Positions 9,137 to 17,033 of a stretch of DNA of 64,000 nucleotides are shown here, one piece after another (the stretch's first letter is position 1; the number at the start of each line of letters is the position of its first letter). The notes beneath the pieces are model-generated. The model ran no database searches and was not told where the DNA came from. It saw only the letters and a list, made by a program, of their open reading frames with translations. The stretch lies in the IMG/VR virus record IMGVR_UViG_3300032334_000315, positions 32,001-96,000 of that record. One strand, given 5' to 3'. Origin of the DNA: a virus. A program made the position numbers and the translations under genes.

Positions 9137-9580
9137 TTAGTCGATGTTGATCTTCTTAGGCTTCTGGTTCTCTGGTACGATGTTTTCCAACCACACCTTG
9201 AGAATACCATTCATCAGTCCAACATTGTTTATCACTACGGTATCAGCGAGAGTGAATGTGCGATTGAAGGCACGCTCTGCGATTCCCTTGTAGTAGTAGT
9301 ACTCTTGAGCTTTATCCATATCACTGGAATCTTTAGTGTTACCAGAGATAGTTAGCTTACTTCCATCAAGTATTAACTCGATATCTGTCTTTGCAAATCC
9401 TGCGACAGCCATTTCGATGACGTACTTATTATCATCGACCTTCTTGATATTGTATGGAGGATATCCAGGAAGGTTCTTACCGATACCATCCAACTGCGAA
9501 GATAGCAGCTTGAATGTCTTATCAAAACCGATAGAGAATGGATCAAATGCAGCGAGTTGTGCGTAGTCGTTCTTAGTCAT
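9137..9580 (-). CDS. hsp20: Small heat shock protein (Hsp20/IbpA family)
   Basis: YPPYNI, IEMAVAGF, KGIAERAFNRTFTLAD, NGILKV; start MTKND after AGGAGG. Confidence 0.93.
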   Translation of the reverse strand: MTKNDYAQLAAFDPFSIGFDKTFKLLSSQLDGIGKNLPGYPPYNIKKVDDNKYVIEMAVAGFAKTDIELILDGSKLTISGNTKDSSDMDKAQEYYYYKGIAERAFNRTFTLADTVVINNVGLMNGILKVWLENIVPENQKPKKINID

Positions 9581-9636
9581 AGTATGACCTCCTATTAGGC
9601 AAGGTTGATTATGTGACCCCGAGGGCATCACGGTTT
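9581..9636 (-). promoter_or_regulatory. ROSE-like RNA thermometer in hsp20 5' UTR
   Basis: Two hairpins; the 3' one ACCUUGCCUAAUAGGAGGU pairs UUGC with the SD. Confidence 0.6.
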
Positions 9637-9644
9637 TATTTATA
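9637..9644 (-). promoter_or_regulatory. Late promoter TATAAATA for hsp20
   Basis: Exact consensus just upstream of the leader. Confidence 0.75.
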
Positions 9645-9707
9645 TGTAGCGAAGAAGATATATCCCCAACGCTACACATAAATTCAAGAAGGTAGAAGCT
9701 GCGTCGA

Positions 9708-10118
9708 TCAAGCGACCTTTCCGCGGTTCTTACCGATATTATATTTAGCTTCCAGCTTCCACTCATTCTTCTCCTTGTGCGTGAGAATTTTGATCTGATT
9801 CAATGAAGCGATAGGATCTTCTGAGGCCTTAGGATCAACAAGGTCAATCAACTCCCATTCAGCGAGTAGATTTGCGATCTTATTCCGACGGGCTTTATCG
9901 TCATCAGAGAAGTTGGTTGGCTTACCATCAAGCGCAAATAGTTCCTTGAAGTGGACCACATAGTAGCGGCCCTGCTTGTGGAAGATATGACAAGATTGAT
10001 AGAGTGTGGATTTTTCTGCGGACGCGACACCGATGCGGCTAAGCGTTTCGCGAATCTTTAGGAAATCTTCTGGTGTCTTTAGTCGTACCTCAATCATGGA
10101 TTCAATAATGGATTGCAT
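9708..10118 (-). CDS. regA: Translational repressor RegA
   Basis: DFLKIRETLSRIGVAS, LYQSCHIFHKQGRYYVVHFKELFALDG, KYNIG. Confidence 0.95.
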   Translation of the reverse strand: MQSIIESMIEVRLKTPEDFLKIRETLSRIGVASAEKSTLYQSCHIFHKQGRYYVVHFKELFALDGKPTNFSDDDKARRNKIANLLAEWELIDLVDPKASEDPIASLNQIKILTHKEKNEWKLEAKYNIGKNRGKVA

Positions 10119-10123
10119 TGTGT

Positions 10124-10507
10124 TTACCTTTTGCCAAGTAACGACCTGATCTGGTCTACTTGACTAGGTGTCAATACGGTCAGTGCTTGTTTAGCTTCTG
10201 AACGACCATAGCCGAAGAACTCCATAATCAGGTCGACAGAATCGTTCTTTTCTTCTTTTTGCCACTTGGCAAACTTACGGTTCTGTTTCCTGATTATATT
10301 TATAAAATACTCATACTGCATTAGTTTGTCCAGGTGGCCACGCTGGTTCATCTCGTTGGCATACAGTATGCAGTCTTGGTGGTACGATAACGACCGGTTG
10401 GTAAGAAAAGGCACGTATGCCTTTTCCTGTTCTTCACCATGCCCGCGCATCATATTTGATTGCTTGGGCTTCATAATCGAGTTGACGTAATCGAAAGGAC
10501 TAGTCAT
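10124..10507 (-). CDS. gp62: Clamp loader small subunit
   Basis: PFDYVNSI, YVPFLTNRSLS, ANEMN, RKFAKW; synteny. Confidence 0.9.
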   Translation of the reverse strand: MTSPFDYVNSIMKPKQSNMMRGHGEEQEKAYVPFLTNRSLSYHQDCILYANEMNQRGHLDKLMQYEYFINIIRKQNRKFAKWQKEEKNDSVDLIMEFFGYGRSEAKQALTVLTPSQVDQIRSLLGKR

Positions 10508-11814
10508 AGCGAGCTTTTTGATACGAAGCCCTTGAATGGAGTACCGTCCGCATTTACGACGACCTTCTCAATAAGATCACCATTTGGAGAAATTAACTGC
10601 GGCATAAACCCGTTGAATCGGATTGAACCGGTTTCCATATAATGATTTATGATATCTTCCTTGCTTGCATTTGCGAGGGGATGTGAACTAGGAAATTCAC
10701 ATCCTGATCGTACATTTTCATTATATCGCATCGTTGCCAACACCTTAAGTTTTGCCTTAAAAGCCTTCTCGCACTTCTCTCTTTCGCCTTTGATTCCCTT
10801 TGGATTGTCAAAACAATCTTTAGAATCAACAAAAAGTGTGACATATCGAATTGATCCATCTGTTGGCAACTTGTCACGCAAAACATCGCTTATTCTGACA
10901 TCCTTTGACGCAAACGGTACGTCGAAATGTGAAGTGAACCAAGTAAGATGTGGTCTTGTACCTCTCTTAACATTTTGTCCAGATTCAATAGTCTCAACTG
11001 TGCCGTCAATAGCATCATAAGAACTTCTTTTCAAAGCCTTTTTCATCATCTTCTTAATGTTCGTTTCAGAAAATTTGCCCTGAATCTTATAGAACTTTAA
11101 ATAGCGAGAAAATCCATCTTCAGATGCTTCGAATAGATTACGCTGTACAGCATATATGAAGCCAGATTGAACGTCTATCATTTCTAATGGCTTAGATACA
11201 GTGTGCTGCATATTCGACTCTGTACCATGAGCTTCGAGTGCTTCATAGTTATTATATTTAAAAAGATCGACAAGAGCAAAATTATATTTGCTGTTTTTTG
11301 TTGCAGCAAAAAGCTGCTGTAGGGCCGTAATACGGTGCCTACCAGAAAAAAGCCAATATTTCTTCTTTGAATGTGGATCATCGCGTAAGATTTCTGCCAT
11401 TCGCTTCGCAGGAATTTCTACAACGTACAAACGCTGTTGTGAGTGTATCCATCCATCTTCCGAACCCAAGCTGAGTGAGAGTCTAGCAACATGTGCAGCA
11501 TCAACAGGAATATGTCTTCCGCCAATGTTTTTCTTTGAAGAAAAGAACTCAAGATCAATCTCTTCAAGCGGAATAATTTTCGTGTCGATATATTCCATTG
11601 CGGTCGAATGTACGCCTATAGCCAAGAATCTCTTTTTGGTTTCATCGTCTTGAAACTGAAGTGTATCAGGAAGACTATGAGGCGGACAAAAAGATATTGA
11701 TTTGGCTACATCATAAAGTGGCTTGCTGTTTAGCGAGAAAACATTGTTCTCTGTGCCGAACAAGGCATCTTCAATGGTCTGTAAATTTAAAGCTTTTGTT
11801 TTATGGACTTTCAT
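10504..11814 (-). CDS. Hypothetical protein with ParB/Srx-like motif
   Basis: WLFSGRHRITAL resembles the ParB GxHRxxA motif; 436 aa; has its own promoter. Confidence 0.5.
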   Translation of the reverse strand: MKVHKTKALNLQTIEDALFGTENNVFSLNSKPLYDVAKSISFCPPHSLPDTLQFQDDETKKRFLAIGVHSTAMEYIDTKIIPLEEIDLEFFSSKKNIGGRHIPVDAAHVARLSLSLGSEDGWIHSQQRLYVVEIPAKRMAEILRDDPHSKKKYWLFSGRHRITALQQLFAATKNSKYNFALVDLFKYNNYEALEAHGTESNMQHTVSKPLEMIDVQSGFIYAVQRNLFEASEDGFSRYLKFYKIQGKFSETNIKKMMKKALKRSSYDAIDGTVETIESGQNVKRGTRPHLTWFTSHFDVPFASKDVRISDVLRDKLPTDGSIRYVTLFVDSKDCFDNPKGIKGEREKCEKAFKAKLKVLATMRYNENVRSGCEFPSSHPLANASKEDIINHYMETGSIRFNGFMPQLISPNGDLIEKVVVNADGTPFKGFVSKSSL

Positions 11815-11923
11815 ATTGCACCTTCACTTTGGTTTAATAGACGAGAACGATTCTCAATCTATGGGCATATCATATCAAACTTTTTACGGCTTGTCATTAC
11901 ACTTTTACAATAGGTAAGGTCTA

Positions 11924-12865
11924 CTATTGCTTGAACTCACAATCAATCATAATCTGCGTCATACATGCAGCAAGGTTGATTTCTTGGTCAACAACAAACG
12001 CAGCCTTGTACTGATAGTCAGCCAAAATCAGAATCAACTGTGGTACAGAATTCTGATCTAGGATATCATAAGCGGTATCATACAGAGAACGGAATAGAGT
12101 ATTCACGTCCGCGCTAGAGTTAGTGCCAATCCACTTTCGCATGTTCTCAAACTCGCGGTTCTTCAAACACTTGACAAGTTCGCTGATATTAGTATTATCA
12201 ACCGATGCAAGGATACCAGTGTCAATTTTACCACGCGCAGCATACCTCTGGAACTCATTGAGTACACGCCGCCAATCGGGCAGATGCTTTTTGATTACCT
12301 CTGCGACTGCACCTTTATCATACTCAACATTCTCAGCCTCAAGGATCCAAATGGCTCGCTTCATAAACTCAACAGCAAGACCACCAAGTTGCTTCTTCTG
12401 GATCTTAAAGTCTACAACAGCGCACCGAGAATGTAGTGGTTGGATAATTCGGTTCTTGAAATTGCAGGTGAGAATAAATCCACAGTTACTTGAGAACTCC
12501 TCCATGAAGTTTCTGAGTGCGGGCTGTGTGGAACTAGCGTTGAGGTAATCCGCCTCATCCAAGATAACATACTTACGACCTCCACCAAATGATACGGTAC
12601 CTGCATAGTTGCGAATTTCATTTCGCAGTGTGTCAATGTTACCATTCATTGACCCATTGATAATTAAATAGTCAGCATTGATCTCGTCAAGCATAGCACG
12701 AGCGACCGTTGTCTTACCGACACCAGCAGTGCCAGCAAGCAACAGATTAGGAATGCTGCCGTCGTTTACGAATTGTTGGAATGTTTGCTTCAGGTCATCA
12801 GGTAGAATGCAATCGGCAATCTTATGCGGTCTATAGCGTTCAACCCAAAGGAATTCTTCACGCAT
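11924..12865 (-). CDS. gp44: Clamp loader large subunit
   Basis: WVERYRP, GTAGVGKTT, ILDEADYL, LHSRC. Confidence 0.95.
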   Translation of the reverse strand: MREEFLWVERYRPHKIADCILPDDLKQTFQQFVNDGSIPNLLLAGTAGVGKTTVARAMLDEINADYLIINGSMNGNIDTLRNEIRNYAGTVSFGGGRKYVILDEADYLNASSTQPALRNFMEEFSSNCGFILTCNFKNRIIQPLHSRCAVVDFKIQKKQLGGLAVEFMKRAIWILEAENVEYDKGAVAEVIKKHLPDWRRVLNEFQRYAARGKIDTGILASVDNTNISELVKCLKNREFENMRKWIGTNSSADVNTLFRSLYDTAYDILDQNSVPQLILILADYQYKAAFVVDQEINLAACMTQIMIDCEFKQ

Positions 12866-12875
12866 GTTGGCTCCA

Positions 12876-13334
12876 TCAGTTCCAAGAAGACACAGAATAT
12901 CGCTGAAGGATTTTCTGTTCCTCTTCGGTCATTTCAAAAATTTCACGCATACCATCTTGCTTGATCGGAATAAGAATCATATCGCGACCATCTTTGGTGG
13001 TATACTTATTGTATTGTAACCCATCTTCTGGAAAAATGCAATACACTTTTCCTGCGCTGTAGTGTTTTTCTTTTGCGTTTGGTACAGAAACGAAAATCAA
13101 TCGACAAACATTTTGGCATTTGCGTAATTGATTTGGCTTGATGGTAAATGCATCCTTGTAGACGAATGGTACCTGAGTTTTAATCTCGGCCCATTTACCG
13201 TCTATCAATGCATCTTTGTGGCTGTCATATTGGTCGATAGAAGCTTTGACCTTCATATCTTTTTCACTATACCAATTTAATACGATACTCTCACCTGCGC
13301 GACCGAGCTTCGACTGCTTGCTATCTTGTGTCAT
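12876..13334 (-). CDS. Putative PD-(D/E)XK nuclease
   Basis: LGRAGE helix followed by KD...AEIKTQ. Confidence 0.5.
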   Translation of the reverse strand: MTQDSKQSKLGRAGESIVLNWYSEKDMKVKASIDQYDSHKDALIDGKWAEIKTQVPFVYKDAFTIKPNQLRKCQNVCRLIFVSVPNAKEKHYSAGKVYCIFPEDGLQYNKYTTKDGRDMILIPIKQDGMREIFEMTEEEQKILQRYSVSSWN

Positions 13335-13357
13335 TTCACATATCCATAACGAAAGAT

Positions 13358-13373
13358 GGGGGCTTTCGCCCCC
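13358..13373 (-). terminator. GNRA-tetraloop hairpin after gp45
   Basis: GGGGGC-GAAA-GCCCCC on minus strand. Confidence 0.6.
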
Positions 13374-13378
13374 ACCGA

Positions 13379-14050
13379 TTAGGCATCAAAAGACGAACCA
13401 GATTCCGTTGCGACCCAGTAATGACAGATGCCATCAGTGGATGCAAAGTATGCGATACCCTTTGAAGATACCTTCACATCATAGTCCTTACCACCCATGA
13501 CCTTAAGATTGTCAACCTTGAAGATCATCTTATAGTTCTTCTCAGCCTTTCCTACAGGGCTCTTGAAACGATTCGTGGAATCGCTCCGTGAATCAATAGC
13601 GCAGAAGTATGCGTTACCATGTTCACCGAGAAGAGCAATTTCTGGCAAAGTAAGGAGCGAAGCTTGACGCAATGCTCTTTGAAGCTTCGCTGCTTCCAGA
13701 ACAAAAGCCACATCAACCGAAGGTAGCGTGACTTCCTTGGTAGGAAGGCTGGGAAGAAGCTCTGCCTTTGCACGAACGATATCAGAGATATCACCACTTC
13801 CATTTGAGATGGAAATGAACGTGTCATTGACAGAGATATCAGGATTCTCGTAGTCACTCAGAACGCCAATGAACTGAGAGAGATCAAAGACACCAAATTC
13901 AGTGTCAATGGTATCTTCAATCTTTACCTTAGCGAAGACTGTCTTTTGTGGTGAGACCGTCTTCAATTCAGAACCAGTAGTAAACAACATGCTAGGATTG
14001 ATTGACGCAAAATTCTTTAATACGTCAACCGTAGACTTAGAAATTTTCAT
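13379..14050 (-). CDS. gp45: Sliding clamp
   Basis: MKISKSTVDVLKNFASINPS, FGVFDL, YWVATE. Confidence 0.93.
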   Translation of the reverse strand: MKISKSTVDVLKNFASINPSMLFTTGSELKTVSPQKTVFAKVKIEDTIDTEFGVFDLSQFIGVLSDYENPDISVNDTFISISNGSGDISDIVRAKAELLPSLPTKEVTLPSVDVAFVLEAAKLQRALRQASLLTLPEIALLGEHGNAYFCAIDSRSDSTNRFKSPVGKAEKNYKMIFKVDNLKVMGGKDYDVKVSSKGIAYFASTDGICHYWVATESGSSFDA

Positions 14051-14076
14051 GGTATATTCCTTCACTCAAGATAATC

Positions 14077-14105
14077 ATAATAGCAGGTGTGAATGCGAAT
14101 GTCAA
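14077..14105 (-). promoter_or_regulatory. sigma70-type promoter for gp45
   Basis: TTGACA-17-TATTAT. Confidence 0.75.
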
Positions 14106-14106
14106 G

Positions 14107-14964
14107 TTACTTTTTCTTAGATGCCATCTGATCGAGATCAGCAGTCGCACCAGCGCCAATCTGAGCCAGATCAATGAGAGAACCAGCAAACACATATGAA
14201 CCCATGTGCTGGAGCTTCATCCATGGGCAGAGCCATGTCTTAACGTCAATGTCCCACATCTTCTGACAGAACCAATAATCTTCTGACAGATACCGCTTAG
14301 ACTTAGGATCAATCTCGGCCTGGAAATACTGCATGATTTCACGGGTACCATCGAAGTGCGCGGTACGTACATGGTCGGGCAGATAGTTGTACTGAGGATA
14401 TGCAGCCGCAAACTTTTCCAACGCAGAACGCTGGATCATCATAAAGCCAGTACCACCTTCAAGTACCTCTACAGGCTCATCAAGCGGAATGGATCCAGAA
14501 CCCTGCTTAGGGTTGAAAACATAATCGCCAACATACTTCTCGAGGTTCTCTGGATCCTTATCAGCAAAGCCACGATCTACCGCCCGCTTGATCTTTTCCC
14601 ATGCGATACACTTCTTGGGATACGGACCGCATACGATTTCCTTATCGTTGCCAGCTTCCGCAATGACCGACAATGCAATAACATCATTTGGATCAAAGCC
14701 AATGTCGGCGTCGATGAACATCAAGTGAGTACAATCAGAACGCAAAAATTCGTCCACGAGGTAATTTCGCGCACGAGTGATTAGGGATTCGTTGAAGAGG
14801 TAATAGAAGCGGACATCCATGCCATACTGTGCAGCCATAGATGCAAGGTCAGCAGTGGACTTGGTATACGAACCACCACACATACCGCCGTACATTGGTG
14901 TGGCAATTAAAATTTTACGCTTACGCAGTTCTTCAATAGAAACAGAAACTTCATATGTTGACAT
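14107..14964 (-). CDS. GT-A fold glycosyltransferase-like protein
   Basis: IATPMYGG, SLITRARN, FIDADIGF (DxD), GTGFMMI, LSEDYWFC, HMG. Confidence 0.7.
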   Translation of the reverse strand: MSTYEVSVSIEELRKRKILIATPMYGGMCGGSYTKSTADLASMAAQYGMDVRFYYLFNESLITRARNYLVDEFLRSDCTHLMFIDADIGFDPNDVIALSVIAEAGNDKEIVCGPYPKKCIAWEKIKRAVDRGFADKDPENLEKYVGDYVFNPKQGSGSIPLDEPVEVLEGGTGFMMIQRSALEKFAAAYPQYNYLPDHVRTAHFDGTREIMQYFQAEIDPKSKRYLSEDYWFCQKMWDIDVKTWLCPWMKLQHMGSYVFAGSLIDLAQIGAGATADLDQMASKKK

Positions 14965-15003
14965 AACAACTCCATGTTAAATTGCAGTAGTATATATGGA
15001 AAA

Positions 15004-15240
15004 TTAAAGCTGTTCTGCCGCTTCTTGCTGCTTCTTTTTCCAACGACGAATGGCCTGGATTTTATCCAAGCGGCGCTTCATGGAAGGCTTCGTGTAATGT
15101 TCGCGCTCAGAAAGGTCTCGCATGATACCATCAGCTTGAACTTTCTTTTTCAAAACACGCAATGCACCATTGATATCATTGTTCCGAACTGTAACACTCA
15201 GACCACGAAGATGGGCGTAGGGAATTTCATCGTTATTCAA
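15004..15240 (-). CDS. rpsU: Ribosomal protein bS21
   Basis: VTVRNNDINGALRVLKKKV...REHYTKPSMKRR. Confidence 0.9.
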   Translation of the reverse strand: MNNDEIPYAHLRGLSVTVRNNDINGALRVLKKKVQADGIMRDLSEREHYTKPSMKRRLDKIQAIRRWKKKQQEAAEQL

Positions 15241-15255
15241 TTTTAGACTCCATTA

Positions 15256-15286
15256 AAAATAGGGTGAGGAATGCTCCCCACCCTAT
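15256..15286 (-). terminator. Terminator after HTH gene
   Basis: atagggtg/caccctat stem with U tract on minus strand. Confidence 0.6.
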
Positions 15287-15296
15287 ATAGCACAAA

Positions 15297-15503
15297 TTAA
15301 GCAGCGATGCGGTAGTAAAGCTTGCGCTCACCATTTACCTTGCGGTAGTTGCTGTAGATTGTGTGGCTTTCGCGAAGGTCGCTAACACGCTTATAGATAC
15401 TTTCCTTAGGAATGCCAGTGAGCTTAGAAAGCTTAGCGACAGTGACACCGGGACCGGTGTTGTTACGACGAAGGTGCTTTTCAATCAAGGACATCTGTGA
15501 CAT
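15297..15503 (-). CDS. Small winged-HTH DNA-binding protein
   Basis: VTVAKLSKLTGIPKESIYKRVSDLR helix-turn-helix with a wing; GGAG SD before MSQM. Confidence 0.65.
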   Translation of the reverse strand: MSQMSLIEKHLRRNNTGPGVTVAKLSKLTGIPKESIYKRVSDLRESHTIYSNYRKVNGERKLYYRIAA

Positions 15504-15534
15504 GTATTTCTCCATAATTTAAGTTATATTAGTC

Positions 15535-16740
15535 TCAGAAAAAGATTTCCTGAGACTTCTCCGAAACAGCATCGGCTGCAGGAGTGGCGGGGATGGGATT
15601 GATCGTAGGATCAACCTTGCTATAGAGATCAAGGAACGCGGTCTTGGTCTCTTCATCGAAACGGTTAATGCAGAACTTGATGGCCTTCATGCGGTCACCG
15701 AGCATCAGGTACGTCTGCGCGATATGCACCAGACGGCGAGTAGAAATGAGTTCATCAATTGCGCCATCAGCAAAGGTCTTGCGGATGATTTCTGACCAGA
15801 CGGTTAGATGGTCAATGAACGAAACATCAGCCTTTGGCAAATCATTACCGAGATAGTTGACGAGGATCTTCTTTTCAATCTGAACAGTAGGATATTCCTG
15901 CTCGACCGTGATCGGGAAACGCTCAAGCCAAGCATCGTCAAGCATGGTAGCAGCAACATAGCGACCATCCTCAGAGCCACGGCCTTTGGTGTTAGCAGTG
16001 ACCATCACATTGAAGCCATCAGCTGGCTTGACAATCTCGCCGGTCTTCTTCACATAGTAAGACTTGCCTTCGAGAATACCCTGGAGACACATAGCCTTGC
16101 CAGGATCAGCACGGTCAGCCTCGTCAATCAGCAACAGAGCGCCGATTTCCATCGCACGGAGCACCGGGCCCTTCATGAACTTGGTCTCGCCATTGATAAG
16201 ACGGAAACCACCGATCAGATCGTCCTCGTCGGTCTCACGCGACATTTGCACACGAATCATTGCCCGCTTGGCTTTGCTGCAAGCCTGCTCAACCATGAAA
16301 GTCTTGCCGTTGCCAGAGTGACCAGAAATGAACACAGGAAAGAACTTGCCAGACGCGATGATCTTTTCGATCATCTTGAACTCGCCAAACGGCACATAGT
16401 TCTTGTCCTTCTCGGGCACCGCAGCATAATCATGCTCGGACACTGCGTTAGGATCAAACTTGGTAGTGGTAGCCACTGGCTGAGCCTTGCGAATGGGAAC
16501 GATATCGGCTGCCATAGCAGCAATGGACGTGGTATCTTCAACGCTAGGCGCGCCAACCATCGTCGGCAAACGATACTTGCCATGGCTAACACGATATTCG
16601 TCAACAAAAAGCCAGCTGAGAGTGCGGATATCCACACCAAGCGACTCCGCAAACTTTAGCACATTACCACGCGCAACCACTGCGTCAGCACCAAACTTGC
16701 TGATGGCTTTCTCGAGGAACTTAGACTGATTGGTATGCAT
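15535..16740 (-). CDS. cobS: CobS-like MoxR AAA+ ATPase
   Basis: GHSGNGKT, ETDEDDLIGG, LLIDEAD, TANTKGRG, LERF, ISTRRLVHI. Confidence 0.9.
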   Translation of the reverse strand: MHTNQSKFLEKAISKFGADAVVARGNVLKFAESLGVDIRTLSWLFVDEYRVSHGKYRLPTMVGAPSVEDTTSIAAMAADIVPIRKAQPVATTTKFDPNAVSEHDYAAVPEKDKNYVPFGEFKMIEKIIASGKFFPVFISGHSGNGKTFMVEQACSKAKRAMIRVQMSRETDEDDLIGGFRLINGETKFMKGPVLRAMEIGALLLIDEADRADPGKAMCLQGILEGKSYYVKKTGEIVKPADGFNVMVTANTKGRGSEDGRYVAATMLDDAWLERFPITVEQEYPTVQIEKKILVNYLGNDLPKADVSFIDHLTVWSEIIRKTFADGAIDELISTRRLVHIAQTYLMLGDRMKAIKFCINRFDEETKTAFLDLYSKVDPTINPIPATPAADAVSEKSQEIFF

Positions 16741-16770
16741 TGGATCACCTCATCTCATCATCATATAAGT

Positions 16771-16799
16771 ATTATAGCATTGGTAAGCTGGATTGTCAA
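16771..16799 (-). promoter_or_regulatory. Consensus sigma70 early promoter
   Basis: TTGACA-17-TATAAT exact. Confidence 0.85.
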
Positions 16800-16802
16800 C
16801 CA

Positions 16803-16961
16803 CTAAATCCGTTCGATGGTAGGTTTACCAACGAGTCCAGTAGAAGCCAACAAACGACGCATGAAATCAAACGCATCCTGGAGATAACGGAACTTGGCAG
16901 TCTCGTCCGACAGGAGCTTGTTTTCATCCTTGAGTGTATATGATACTTTGAACATAGCCAT
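16803..16961 (-). CDS. Hypothetical 52-aa early protein
   Basis: Manual translation MAMFKVSYTLKDENKLLSDETAKFRYLQDAFDFMRRLLASTGLVGKPTIERI; AAGGAG SD; own promoter. Confidence 0.7.
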   Translation of the reverse strand: MAMFKVSYTLKDENKLLSDETAKFRYLQDAFDFMRRLLASTGLVGKPTIERI

Positions 16962-16983
16962 CTCCTTTTGTCATCATGTTACC

Positions 16984-17012
16984 ATTATAGTTGGTAATGA
17001 GGGATTTGTCAA
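16984..17012 (-). promoter_or_regulatory. Consensus sigma70 early promoter
   Basis: TTGACA-17-TATAAT exact. Confidence 0.85.
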
Positions 17013-17033
17013 CCCCTCATTTTTGCTTTGTAT

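Noticed and set aside
9581-9766. Long N-terminus of the hsp20 ORF
   Set aside because: Overlaps regA; SD and promoter support the start at 9580.
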